Part shown: piece by piece, positions 11,974 to 24,118 of the stretch
How the letters are laid out: the number at the start of each line of letters is the position of its first letter
How positions within the stretch are numbered: the stretch's first letter is position 1
NCBI GenBank assembly: GCA_030167865.1
Contig: JALAGF010001700.1
Span: forward strand, 1 to 64,000
DNA: 64,000 nt
Source: Craspedostauros australis
Lineage: Eukaryota
Direction of reading: 5' to 3'
Notes under the pieces: model-generated
What the model saw: the letters and a program-made list of their open reading frames with translations, nothing else
Database searches by the model: none
Told to the model about the DNA's origin: nothing
Program-made: the position numbers and the translations under genes

Positions 11974-14900
11974 GATGGACAACCACACCGCAGCTGATCT
12001 ATCGACGAACCGACCAACAAAGCAATCGGTTGCTATCACCTTTCCAACCACGTTAATCGTCTGCTCAGCTAAATCAGTGTATCGAATACACAGGCCCTGC
12101 GAAGACTGCAGAATGCCGCAGGGCAGGCAATACCAGTAATGCAGATGACACCCTCGTTGCTGTTGCTTCGCAAGTACGAACGGAGATGGGACGCAATCAG
12201 AATCGGTATCGCCATTGCGGCTTTGCGGCGCCGCTTCCACACCGTTGACACCATTCCTTGTTCTCGCGTTGCTGTCGTTTTGCGGTTTTTCCTTCCCAAT
12301 TTCGTTCCGACAGAAACGCGAGTCCGTGGACATTAGTCGTACTAGTCGACATCGCAAGGATGTGTTTGTTCGAGACTGAAGGAGTCCCAACGGATGTTGT
12401 GTATTTGGAGCGAATGGAAAAGTGACCTGGCTGAAGGTCATGCGTTTTCAGAATGACTTTTTTGGCTGGCAAACTGGTTGTTGAACATTGAGTTTTTTGT
12501 CGCTCATACTCAAGCGAATAGCCGTGGTTCCACCTCGATTTGCTCCAATAAATCTCAAGCCTCGAGTTTTCCGTGAGGGTGGCAACATCACGACTTCGTG
12601 GCCCAAAGGCGACTCGCCCATGAGAAATTGCGCAGAACGAACCCGAATAGCCTCTGCGGTGGAGAACATCCCTGTGCCGGTTGCAGCAAATGTCGCCGAA
12701 ACGTTCTTCGCAAGGCGAAGTCTCTGTTTATCACTCACGGACCATTCGTGAGGCGTGGCGGAGCGGGACTTTTGCCGCGTGCTTTTTTGTGCGTTTCTGT
12801 TTGTTGTTTCTTTCCTGGTGCTTCGTGAAGTTCTGGTGTGGGCTGGAATACTCCTACCTTATTTTGTCAAGCAACGTGGCGGATTGTGCCCTCGCTGTAC
12901 ATGTGTCAGATCCCGCATCGTTCCACATCGAACCCTCTCGCGCGACAGCCAAGCATTGTGCTCGGCTCCGTTTTCTGTTCTTCTCGGCCCTTGGGAGCTG
13001 GCCCTAGTATTGATAGTACGTGTGTGTGAGCGTGCGTGCGCGAGCGTGTTCTTACCAGTGGGGAGATGTGCACGCTGACATGAACGGCCAGCACAACACC
13101 CGCGCAGCGACAAATACAACAACAGCAACACTTCCGGAAGAGGAGCAAAATCACAAAAGACGAAAAAATTGAGGGGTACCAACGGCAAAGACGAAACCAA
13201 CCAATCGAGGCACTGCTCTCATTGGCTGGAGCGAAAGGAGAACAGCCAGCAACGACAAAAGCAACGACAAAAGCAACGAAGACAACAGCAACATCCTCCC
13301 CAAAAACATGCTGGCAGGTTGGAATAGTCGTAATTGTACTAATACGTACCCGTAGCGTGAAAGGGGCAGAGTCGACGTCCCAGTGGATCAACCAATCTGA
13401 CTTCACGTGGAAGATATCAGCAAAGAGCATCAATCTCTTTAGTCAGGTCGGCGCTCTTGCCACTGCCACTTCCCGTGCCCGTGCGTGCCATCCCGCTACC
13501 ACTGCTCGTGTGAGTGCAAACCTTTAGGCTGAAGCAGAGTACGAGTACTCCATCCGTATCCGTTTCCATACCAGCTCACTAGAACAGCAAACATCTACGA
13601 CGTGCAGCCACGAAGGCAAGCCCAACTGTGAAGGATAGCAACAGCAGCAGCAGCAACAACAACAATCAACAGAATCGCATACTCTCCTGCAGGGCTATCT
13701 CAGAGTAGCGACGCCAAGAACGGTACCGGCAAAGGTCACCAGAATAGCACGATACAGTTGGAGAAGGAAGCAGAAGGGTGCTGCCGACGCCGTCCACGCC
13801 AAGGAAACATCAACAAGCAGCAAGAACAGCAATAGCGAGAACTGGAAAGGCCAAGGAAGGACAACAGCAATTGCGAAATAGAGGGAGGCGACATACAACT
13901 TGTGTCAACGCAACACCAAACAAGACAAAACCAAGACGAGCAGATACGAAGCGAGAAGAACAGGGAGCAGAGAAGGGAGGGAAAGGATTCTTGGCTACGT
14001 TTCTATCCCACGTCGACTTGCAGTTGCATTGATCGTAATCCTTCTGTTCGTGATCATCAGCGATTCAGCGCGTCGTTGCCTGCTGTCACCTTAATCAACT
14101 TGGTCGTTCCTTTTTCTTCCACAAGAACATTGCCGGCTTCATTCATTTTTGCTTCCAGGCCACGAGGCGAACACTCCCAGAGGTAAGAACACTTGTACGA
14201 GCTGTGCGCAATGCGGCACTCTGGACGTGAGTATTCCGGCAGCGCTGTTGCCCATCGCCACGACCATGATGCGTTCAGGCACCAAAACGGTCTCCACACG
14301 GTCTCTACACAGCCTCCACAACAGCATGCGGTTCACTCACGAAGGTGCCAAGAGAGCCAACGTCCTGGCTCGTATCCATCGCCGTCAGACAGATGGTCTC
14401 CGGCTTCCGCACGATGCTCCAGTCTTGATCCTTCGGAGGATCTCGATCCTGAGCGGTCTCCATCGTGATGGTGGCAACAAGTGATCTCCGTTTTGTTCGG
14501 TATCTCGGACAGCCTCATCCCTCTTGGAAGCGTCGCTTTGGATCAGGATTGGGACCGACTTGGATCTCTGGTTCAGCTTGATTGGGTTGGGTTGGGTTGG
14601 ATTACGTTGAGAAGAGTTGAGTCGGACCGGATTGGACTATCTTGTTGCGGATTTGCTCCTGCCTCGACTTTGGCGTTGGGTGGGCGTATGGTCTGCATCC
14701 TCCTTGGTTTCTCAGGCGAAATGATGGGGAACCAAGAGGTATGCGCCATCGCCTCTGCTGTAGCCAAGTTTCGCAGATGTGCTCCGTACTATGCCTGCCA
14801 ACCGACTCGACTCTATTCGCATATACCGACCGACCTACCAACCAATACTCCTGATAAAACATGCACGTTGAGGCTCAACGAGCCTACGAGTATAGCGCAT

Positions 14901-16972
14901 GCCTCTCGTTAAGGATGGCACCCGTACGAGCCATTCTGCCACGGACCTCATTCCAACCAATCCAGACGTACACCCACAGACCTTCCCTGCCAAACCGCTG
15001 CGCTGATGAACAAGGAGAGAAGAGAAAGTCCATGTGTACCACCACGTTGCTCGCGATTGTATGTGCATGGTGCCAGAGTTCGCACCATACGCACACACTT
15101 GATGAACCAACCAGGGCACAGAGAGCGGGACCGTGAAGTCGGGAACGATGCTTCCTGATTGCACAGAAATATGACTTGCGCACCATTCCTCAACGTGCGA
15201 GCTACTTTGTCAATTCCCTTTTTGCTCCACTCACATCAAAATGTCCCACGCCGTGTCCCCACCTTTCTATTCATATGTCCAGTGTCACCGTTGTAGCGGA
15301 GACATCGTGAACAAACATCATCTGTGTTATCCGCTCAGGAGGAGTCGAACCGCATGGTCACGTAAAGCCCCAGGTTCTTCTCTGAGACAAAAATCAGACA
15401 TTCGACTGCTCGAGACAAAGAACAGCCACGACGAACTACGGTGAGGGGAACGAGAAGCCTCCGAGGATCAAACCCGCGTCCATCACGTCGGAACGATCAG
15501 CGTATCCGTAGCAGTACCAGTACTCCAGGCTGCTACTTGTGCCCTGTCCGAACAGAAAGGTCCAGAGCCTGTCCCCAAAGAATAGCGGAAAGCAGCCATA
15601 CAACCTGCGTAGACCGCGGTACATAGGCGCAGCACCACTCGCAGAGACACGCACGCTGCTGATCAGTTCGAAAAACCGCAACACAACAGATTCGTCTTTC
15701 GCGTTTCGAGTTGGTGTGTGAGGCACAATCGGCCAAAGAGGCTTCCTCCCACGATTACGCACTTGCACCAGCCGATAGCTCGTAGAGCACAGATACGTTT
15801 GCTCGTCCCACACATACCCGCGCCCGTATGTGCACGGCATGCTCTGCTACGAGTACTGTACATCATCTTCAACACTTCGGACACACAACAAAACAAAACA
15901 AAACAAACGAGCCCACCGAAAACAGCAACGCGAGCAACAACCTGTCCACAGGGGAGCGAAGTGACAAAGCACGTTCCACCAGACCGCGAAGCAAGAAACA
16001 CAAAACATAAACACACATCCGCATCCACAACACAACCACGAACACACGCACGCAAGGCAGGCAGGCCGACAAGGCAAGGCAAGGAAATACATATTTACCA
16101 CACGTACATGACACACCCACATACAGATGCAATCGTACTCGTGCTCCTGAACCAAGATCCGCACACATAACGAAGAGCAAGACAGGATATCACAAGGGAA
16201 CGCACCAAAAGCTGTGTCAAAACCGGCAGCAAGACCAACGGTGTGGAGAAGCTTCGGCATCCTCAGGGATCACCACGGAAGGAAGTTCACGCCCGCGTGT
16301 GTCTTTTTCCTCGCCCCATTTCTTGGCGGCTCCAATTCAAGGTCCAGTCCCAAGATCAGGAGTGGTATCAGCAAGATCAGTTGATCGTACGGATACCTCG
16401 TATCACATTCTTTCCCCATCAAATACTCGGGCCCGTACTCGTGCTCGTACTCGTGCCGTGCTCATCGGTACCCATCCGTATCATCTGACCGCAGTACACT
16501 AGCCCATTCGGAGATCGTGATCGTGGGAGAACCTTCCTTTACTCACCCTCTCCTTCTGCTTCACGACCCTCCAGTCTGCTCTTGCTCTCTTTTCGGTCCT
16601 TGACGTCGTGGTCGTTGCTGCCGTCATCGCCGGCGCCGTCGCTGTTATCCCTATTGACGCCATCCTCATCCTTTTGGTCTTGACCCTTATTCGTCTGCAA
16701 CGCCGGCAGAGTCCTCGTTCTTGCCACAACCACCGTCAGACCGAAGGGACGACAACGCTTCAAAGAGCAGGGCCAGTATCGAAGCCCAAGACTCGATTGC
16801 TGTCAGGACAAGGCAGTGCTTGCTCATTCATCAGAGCATTCGTCCCGAGTCGATCACCTCGTGTGACGCCAGCGTCGGCTTTCGACATCGACACCGTCTA
16901 CGCGTCCGCCTGCGCCTTCGCTTACGGGTACACTGGCGCCTTCTTGTGGACCTACCGCTACAACGACAACCG

Positions 16973-17015
16973 CACTGACTAGTACACTGACTAGTACACC
17001 GACTAGTACACCGAC
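16973..17015. repeat. 12-bp tandem repeat CACYGACTAGTA x3.5 just upstream of the HMG-box ATG
   Basis: Units cactgactagta cactgactagta caccgactagta caccgac read directly; each full unit contains the palindrome ACTAGT. Confidence 0.9.
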
Positions 17016-17062
17016 AAAGGTAACAGCAGCTACGCGTTCGTGTCATAAGGAGACGAACGACC

Positions 17063-19732
17063 ATGTCCAACGGCCCCAATCGCAAGTTCTCTGCCGTATC
17101 CAATTCGATGAACGGTGCCAGCAAGGACCCGGGATCTGACAGAGCCGCAGGGGATGCTGACGGTGCCAAACCCGCGGCACGTGTAAAGCACGAACAGCCT
17201 GCAGCGTCGGCGGCAGATTCTGCACCGGGACGAGGATCAATCAACGAGATGAACCTTGGCGATGCTTCCTCCCAACAAAGCTTTTGGGGGGATGCCGCTG
17301 CCCGGGCTGGCATCGCCGACTTCCTCGAGGCTCAGCCCATGGACGACGTCATCCTCGACGAACACGGAGTGGACCAGGTGGAGGGCAGTTTCGGGCAAGA
17401 CGAAACTGCCACACCTGTAGCTATCAACGAAGCTAGATCCGCCACGAAGACGGCAGCAACAGCCACAGGTGCAGCTGCTCGGGGGAAGGCACGCAATCGA
17501 CCTCCAGCAGCTGCCAAGCGTATAGCGCCTGCCACCAAAACAAGCGCTAGGACAAGCAGAAAACAGGGAGCCTCCACAAAGCAGGTGTCATCGCCCAGAA
17601 AGGCCAGACGCAAGCCTGCTACGAACTGGAAGAAGCCAGAGGGCATGCCCAAGCGCCCGCTGAGTGCCTACAACCTCTTCTTCAAGAGCCAACGCGAGGT
17701 CATGCTGAAGGCCAAGACCGAGGAGCAGCAGCGAATCAAAGAGGAAGCTGCTTCGGGGAAAGGTGATCCGAAGGGCGCACCCGGACGGGGGCAAGCGTCG
17801 GGCAAGAAGAGAAAGAAGAAGCCCAAATCTGGGCTCGGATTCGAACGGCTGGCGAAGACCATCGGCAGGCTTTGGCACGAGCTGGATCCAGATCGCAAGC
17901 AAGTGTACGAGGACACTGCTGCAGGCGAGAAGAAGAGGTACGAAGGCGAGATGGAGGTGTGGAGAGCACAGGAGAAGAAAGAGAAGCAGAAGATCAAGGC
18001 TAGAATGAAGGAGGAGAAGGAGAAGCGCAAGCTCATGGAGAGACAGAAAGAGGCGAGTGCCATGAGAGAGATGCAAGCGGCAGCATCGCAGCCGGCCGCT
18101 TTGGGAGCTGTGCAAGGAGTCTTCGATCCTTCGTGGTTCCTGGACCCGAACCAAACGATGATGCAGCAGCAATGGATGCAACCAGGAGGAGTCAACGACC
18201 TGATGGTACCCTTGCCCTTTCTCAATCCGGCCCAGGCTGCCACCGCGACGGCGAGCGCCGGAGGCGCTTCTGGTGCTGATGGCCACCTGCAACCAAGCCT
18301 TCAGAACGGGATGGCCGTAGCCGCGGCGAATCTTATGTTTGCGCAGCAGAGCCAACAGCAACAGCAGCAGCAACAGCAACAGCAACAGAGCATGGCTCTG
18401 ATGGGAGGCAATGCAGATCTGCCTGCGTTTGACTTTGGCAACGCTGCCACCGCTTCTACTGCTGCAGGCACCGGCAACATGCAGGTGGACGCAGAGGAGC
18501 AGCACCAGGCGGGCATGGGATCAACTACCACACCCGGAAGGGGCTTCTCCATCGATGCCGCGTCGCCCGAGTACACCATGCGTGTTCAGCAGCAGCTGGA
18601 GCAACAGTTGCAACAGCAGCAAGAAAAGCGACGGCAGCAGCTGGCGGCATTCAACCAGGATCTCGCCAACGAGCAGGGCATGGCTCGTATCTCGACGCAA
18701 TCTCCTGGCCTGGGCGACCGTAAGCCACGATCGATGTCTGCTCCGACCATCCGACAAGCCATTGACTGCCAACAGGTCAATCAGCACTTTGCCACTGGCA
18801 ATGTGTTCAACCAGCAGCTCTTGCAGCAACAACAACAACAGCAGCAGCAACATAATCAGCAGCAGATGCCACCGCAGCATGCAGATGGCGACACGGCAAT
18901 GCCAATGGACGCATGCACAGCGCAGATGCAGCAATTCGTCTTGGCGCAGCAACCGCACCATCCGCATCACTCACAGCTGTTCCAGGCATCACAGCAGCAG
19001 CTTCAGCTATCAGTTGGAATGCCTTGGGGGCTGACTGATGCTGGTGGTCAGAACAAGCTGGGGGAGGCATCAGCCTCGATGGCTGGCAATGCGACGATGC
19101 ACCACATGATGCCCGGCGGCCAAGGACCCTTCATCACCGACAAGGTCACCGGAGATGCTCTCCACCAACAAGCGATGGCCATGTTTGGAATGAACAACGG
19201 CATGGCACACGCTGCAACAGTTGCACAGACGGCGCACATGCAACCTGGTGCGCACAATCAAGCTGCGGCGAACACCCAGGCCTTCCAAGGCGGTGCAACG
19301 ACCTTCGGCCAAGCATTGCAGGCCAGCCACGGCAACTCGCCGTCGCCGAATGAGGGAACCGGCCCGATCAAGATGATTGATGAGATTGATGGTTCGACTA
19401 ACAAGGCCAACATCTCACAGGGGCTTGGGGACAACTCCTTCCACGACACCAACAGCAGCACCAACAGCAACGGCAACCAAGATGGGACACAACAGTCTCC
19501 CAGAGGTGCAGCGCAACGAAACGAGAACGGTCATCGTCAGCAACAACAACATGGTCTCACACATGGCAACGAAGCATCCATGCAGCACATGACCGATGCC
19601 CAGGCCATCTCCTCAAGAGCCTTCGTCGGACAGTTTTCGTTCAACGATTGCAATGTTGGCAACGATCACGGCAATACCAACAACAACCGAGCAGCAGGGC
19701 TGGGAGCTGGCCAGCATGCCAACGCAAGCTAG
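17063..19732 (+). CDS. HMG-box transcription factor-like protein with long Q/M/A-rich low-complexity C-terminus
   Basis: HMG box KKPEGMPKRPLSAYNLFFK...GFERLAKTIGRLWHELDPDRKQVYEDTAAGEKKRYEGEM, with a basic insertion between helices; several polyQ tracts; 889-aa single ORF. Confidence 0.9.
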   Translation: MSNGPNRKFSAVSNSMNGASKDPGSDRAAGDADGAKPAARVKHEQPAASAADSAPGRGSINEMNLGDASSQQSFWGDAAARAGIADFLEAQPMDDVILDEHGVDQVEGSFGQDETATPVAINEARSATKTAATATGAAARGKARNRPPAAAKRIAPATKTSARTSRKQGASTKQVSSPRKARRKPATNWKKPEGMPKRPLSAYNLFFKSQREVMLKAKTEEQQRIKEEAASGKGDPKGAPGRGQASGKKRKKKPKSGLGFERLAKTIGRLWHELDPDRKQVYEDTAAGEKKRYEGEMEVWRAQEKKEKQKIKARMKEEKEKRKLMERQKEASAMREMQAAASQPAALGAVQGVFDPSWFLDPNQTMMQQQWMQPGGVNDLMVPLPFLNPAQAATATASAGGASGADGHLQPSLQNGMAVAAANLMFAQQSQQQQQQQQQQQQSMALMGGNADLPAFDFGNAATASTAAGTGNMQVDAEEQHQAGMGSTTTPGRGFSIDAASPEYTMRVQQQLEQQLQQQQEKRRQQLAAFNQDLANEQGMARISTQSPGLGDRKPRSMSAPTIRQAIDCQQVNQHFATGNVFNQQLLQQQQQQQQQHNQQQMPPQHADGDTAMPMDACTAQMQQFVLAQQPHHPHHSQLFQASQQQLQLSVGMPWGLTDAGGQNKLGEASASMAGNATMHHMMPGGQGPFITDKVTGDALHQQAMAMFGMNNGMAHAATVAQTAHMQPGAHNQAAANTQAFQGGATTFGQALQASHGNSPSPNEGTGPIKMIDEIDGSTNKANISQGLGDNSFHDTNSSTNSNGNQDGTQQSPRGAAQRNENGHRQQQQHGLTHGNEASMQHMTDAQAISSRAFVGQFSFNDCNVGNDHGNTNNNRAAGLGAGQHANAS

Positions 19733-21094
19733 ACCACGTGGATTGGAGAGGGAGTGAAGTGCCGGCACTGTTGATGCATCGACAAAACAGCAGCGATGAT
19801 CATCAAGGCCCCACCACAACCATCGCACGAGCGGATACGGAGGCAAGATCTAGGCCAAGACCAAGACCAAGCATGGCCACACCAAGAACATCTCAAATGG
19901 TCGCAGCCTCACCCGCAACAGCGGCAATTGAGAGCAAGCACCATCCATGTATCCACGTGCGCACGCACACAACAGCACACACCAAGCAGCGCATACAACG
20001 AGATTACTCCACGAGTAGTCTACCATGCCACACCACAATACACTACACAAACGAAGACAAGACAAGACAAGACATCAGTCGACATGCGCAGCAGCGATAA
20101 TCGCAGCAGCAGCAGCAGCAGCAACGACAACGAAAACGAAAACGAAAACGACCGCAAACAAGCTAACATGAACGCAGCATCATGCTTCTGCAGATGCTCG
20201 TCCATCGGCAAGTTTGCGCACAAATATGCCATGCAAATGGCGAACGCACCGACCTCCGCTAAGTTACTTTCATCAGGCAGACCGAACCTGGCAACAGGCT
20301 TCTGGTCAGCATGCAATCTCTCTCTCTCATTTATTTATTCAGCAACGTGCTCGCAAGGACACGGAGATGCGGAGAAGACCAAGGAAGGTGAAGGTGAAGA
20401 CGAAAGGTTGGGTGATGTACAATTCGACCGCGCGGTCACAACGGGCGTTGGTCTTCCATGCTTCCTTCCTTACTCGCTTTTGCAACGATCCAACCAGCAA
20501 CAGAGCACTTCGAATCCCTTCGTCGTTGATCAAGTTGCGTGGGAGCGAGTTGCACGGGAGGGTAAAGGAAGGGACCATGGAGTCCAACATGCACGCACGA
20601 ACATACCTACACGCACGACACACCAATGCAGAAATGCACACGTGCAGGTGCAAGGGACTGTTGGAGACCGATGGAAACGCGACACAAGCAACAAAGCAGC
20701 AATACGGGGACTTTACACAAGAGACACGAGCATTCGGGCCCAACGAGACACGAAACAGGACGACGCCGACGACATGGCAGAGAGCGATGCTTCATCAGGC
20801 AAGCAGAAGGTGGGCAGGACATACAAACCAGCACACACTGAAGGCCAGAGCATACGCACAGGACATGCCATGTCGCGGCACGAACAGACGAGTCTCGTTG
20901 GAGTTGGGATAAGCTATCACAGGGCAAACGGGGGGAGGCGGAACACGAACGTACATTGAGAAAGAGCGAGGAGATCCACACTCGCACACCATACCACACC
21001 ATAATACCATACAAAAATCAAAAGTTAATGCGGGACTTTGACACGGCACGCTGCCCGGAAGCAAGTGGCCACGACCTGGTGTCGCCTTTTGCAC

Positions 21095-21149
21095 AGAGCA
21101 GAGTAGAGTAGAATCGAGTAGAGCAGAGTAGCGCAGAGTAGAGTAGAGA
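21095..21149. repeat. Degenerate (AGAGT)n pentanucleotide microsatellite
   Basis: agagc agagt agagt agaat cgagt agagc agagt agcgc agagt agagt agaga. Confidence 0.85.
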
Positions 21150-22670
21150 ATTCTCCTCTGTGCGACGTGATGCAACGCGATGCGATGCAGTGTGATCTGA
21201 CGTGCCTCCACCTCCTTGCGTCTCGGCCAGTTTGTCGATGAGCGGATGCAGACATGTGTGACGCGCTTCGGAGCAAAGGAGCGATGATGACACAATCGAC
21301 TCGTGATGGGAAGAATGCGGCGCGACTTGCGGTGGTGTCGCTCGAACGCAAACGTCAGCCGTGGGTTTTTTTCGGGGAGAGGAATCAAGACTTGTCCAGT
21401 CGTGAACGACAACAACCCATTCATGTGCGGTCATCCGAATTGCGCGATCGTGTCTTCGACGGGCGCAGTCAAGTGTGACCAAGACAGCGAGAGAGAGAGG
21501 GAGAAAGAGGGTGGTGGGAGCGAAACGCGCGGCAAGATCACACATACGGTATGTTGCCCGTTTCTCTGTGCGTTTGTTTTGTGCATGTGCGTGGAACGAC
21601 CACCGTGACGCAAGGCGATTCGACAATGGCGTGGCCGGAGTTGTCGATGCGTGATGGGAATACAAGGAAACGCGTCGCGCTAAGTTGTGTGTGCGTGAGT
21701 GTGTGATTGTGAATGTGGGGTTATCATCGACCCGCAAGAGCGGAGTACGAGTACGATTCGGAGTAGTCTTGGTGCTCATGTCCGTTCACACCGTTTTCAT
21801 GTGTGTGTTCATGTGGGATAACAAGGGCCCGCCATGCGGAGCCTTCGCGTTTGCGTGGAAGGGAACGTGGCGAACGTCATCGACCTGTTCCCCAAAAACC
21901 AAATCGACTCTTTGTGTCGCTGATCATGAAGCACAACCGTCATTGCCACCAGTTCTGATGTCATCATCATCATCATCGCCAACAATGGCCTTTGCATGGA
22001 ATCACCATGAAGAGCACAAGCACAAAGGTGACGATGGAACAGAAAGAAAATCAATCAACCAGATCCAACCAGAATCAATCAACCAAACGGGCCAACGAAG
22101 CGAGAAACGTGACATGGCTTCGCATTATTGGAGACGGAACAAAGGGGATCTACCACACGGATACCGTGGATATCGTATGAATAATCACATGATACGAAGA
22201 ACTATATTCAAGGTACTATTACATCCTACTCTGCTACTCCCACAGACAACGAGTAGGGCGCTCACTTTGGATTGTGCCACGAAGTTCGAACAGGTCGATT
22301 GATGGATGAGGGCGCCAAACACCGGCGTCCGCCTTATGCACATGGGATAGCGAAGATCCACCCGACAAAGATCGTTCGATGTGCCGCTCCGCTTCTGCGT
22401 GTTCGATGAAGCCGAGGAGAGGAGAAGGGGTGCATCTCTCGCTGGCTTGGATGCGTTGCGGCATGCATTGCCATGCGGTTCAACGGGGAGCAGATGTTCT
22501 TGCTCCTGCTCATGGTCGTGCTTGCCCACGCGTCTGTGTTTGCGTTCGACCTACCGGCACCGGCATGGCGATGCTCCAATCCGTTGAGTAGAATGAAGCA
22601 CTCTTCCGATGCTCGGATGCGGCTGCGATTGCGGTTGCGGAAGCATGATACATCGTACCGATTTGCGGGC

Positions 22671-23450
22671 CTAGCCGTGTGCGCGGCGCCGGTATTTTCC
22701 AGTCCTCTTGATGTTGTCTCGGCGGATCGCGGCAATGATCTTGGTGTAGGGCAGACCGTGACCGTAAGTATCGTAGATTGTCTCAATCGCATCCTCCGCC
22801 GACTTTCCATCCTTGATATGTCCCTTGATGCACATCCATGCGACGCTACGGAAGTCGTACAAAGATCTCCTCCCCCTGAGCTGCGCCGGGGTGAAATCCT
22901 TGGCGGGTGTGTTTCCATCGATGCCGACCGTGTACTCCCGCCAGAGATCGTGCAGCGTCTTCACTTTGTGGCTCAACGTTGCCGGCTTGCCCTCGTTCTT
23001 CGTTCTGGTGGGAGGCTCTGTCCGCGATGCATCGTCGTCCTGCGCATGGAAGGAGCGGCGCTTTGATGGGCGTTGAGATGGTCCGGCGGCATGGCAGTGG
23101 CAGGCAGCGCGCTTCGAGACTCGCGCCAACGTTGCGGCGATGCCTTCGAGCTGCGCCTTGACGGTCTTCAGTTCCCGCAGGACGGCGGCAGGGTCGTCGG
23201 CGCTTGCGTCGCGCGGTTCTTCGCAGTTGTCATCGGAGCTGCTATCTTCGCTGTCGTTGAGATCGCTGTCGTTGAGATCGCTGTCGTAGGCGTCGCTGTC
23301 GGAGGCAAACGATTCAGTGTCGCTGTCTAAGTTCTGGTCTTCCTCCTGTTGCACGAGGCTGTGCGATTCGCACGGACTCATCATTGCGCTCATGGTCTTT
23401 TTGTGGTCTGTGTACATGGCGGATCTTGTAATGCGATCTGGTCTTGCCAT
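22671..23450 (-). CDS. Small protein with acidic N-terminus, short coiled coil and C-terminal GCR1_C-like DNA-binding domain
   Basis: The C-terminal segment LSHKVKTLHDLWREYTVGIDGNTPAKDFT..LRG..SLYDFRSVAWMCI...SAEDAIETIYDTYG..LPYTKIIAAIRRD matches the GCR1_C pattern (T-x-x-D-L-W-x-E-[WY]-x-x-G...P). The start ATG is uncertain (23450 or 23417). Confidence 0.7.
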   Translation of the reverse strand: MARPDRITRSAMYTDHKKTMSAMMSPCESHSLVQQEEDQNLDSDTESFASDSDAYDSDLNDSDLNDSEDSSSDDNCEEPRDASADDPAAVLRELKTVKAQLEGIAATLARVSKRAACHCHAAGPSQRPSKRRSFHAQDDDASRTEPPTRTKNEGKPATLSHKVKTLHDLWREYTVGIDGNTPAKDFTPAQLRGRRSLYDFRSVAWMCIKGHIKDGKSAEDAIETIYDTYGHGLPYTKIIAAIRRDNIKRTGKYRRRAHG

Positions 23451-23758
23451 CACAACACGCAGCCGTTGCCTTTCTTGGTCCAACGGCAGCCACAGCGGCA
23501 GTCCACGCGCATGTTCTCGAGGGTCATTGCGACACGTCAACAGCGGTGCCTACAAGACTGTTGTGGGAATGGGAATGGCGACTTCTTGCTCTGCAGTCGT
23601 ATCCCAACGGCGGCGTGGTTGCGGTCGACCAAGAAATCTTTGGCTGGGTGATGTTTCGCGCCATTTTTGTTGTTTCCACCCGAGCAGCTTCTTCAGTACC
23701 ATAGCATCGAATCCAAAGCGAGACAGGCGGCTGCCGAACTGGAATTGGATCGTTTCGC

Positions 23759-23759
23759 C

Positions 23760-23799
<40 letters not shown>

Positions 23800-23800
23800 C
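23759..23800. repeat. (CAA)n microsatellite, about 13 perfect units
   Basis: Read directly from the sequence. Confidence 0.95.
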
Positions 23801-24118
23801 GTCTACCCTACCTTTCATTTGGGCCCGCGTCAACATTTTCACACGCAGATGCACCCGCTGTGTGGAAGAAATTCAATGTTGATGGTTTGGAATCTATATT
23901 TTGTGTTGTATGTAGGTGTAGTTGAGGATGCCATCTGCCTTTGCCGGATCGTACGTATCATGACCTCGCAGATGGAATGCAACCAAGGTGTTGCGCTTCT
24001 TATGCAAATGGTATGCTTGCTTGTTTGCTTTCATTCTTGTTTGCTTGCTCTCTCTCTCTCGCTCGTTGCCGTATTAGTCCCACGACAGCAATCGAAAACG
24101 GTCGCCTGCCGGGTACGC

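Noticed and set aside
11974-12441. 5' extension of the 704-aa oxidoreductase ORF (similarly 44874-45155, 42036-42143, 49006-49170, 56447-56617)
   Set aside because: These begin at non-ATG or poorly supported starts from a prokaryote-style caller and read like UTR; downstream ATGs give coherent N-termini.
16973-17015. Short direct repeats (also 31566-31605, 46837-46886) as a possible CRISPR array
   Set aside because: Contiguous 12-15-bp units without unique spacers, eukaryotic context and no cas genes.
19796-20959. 387-aa plus-strand ORF after the HMG-box gene
   Set aside because: Built from microsatellite-like, CA-rich sequence typical of UTR or intergenic DNA; no domain motifs and no GC3 bias like the true genes.
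19733-24118. Complete Crypton or other transposon around the GCR1_C ORF
   Set aside because: No recombinase, transposase or reverse transcriptase motifs and no terminal repeats or target-site duplications visible by eye.
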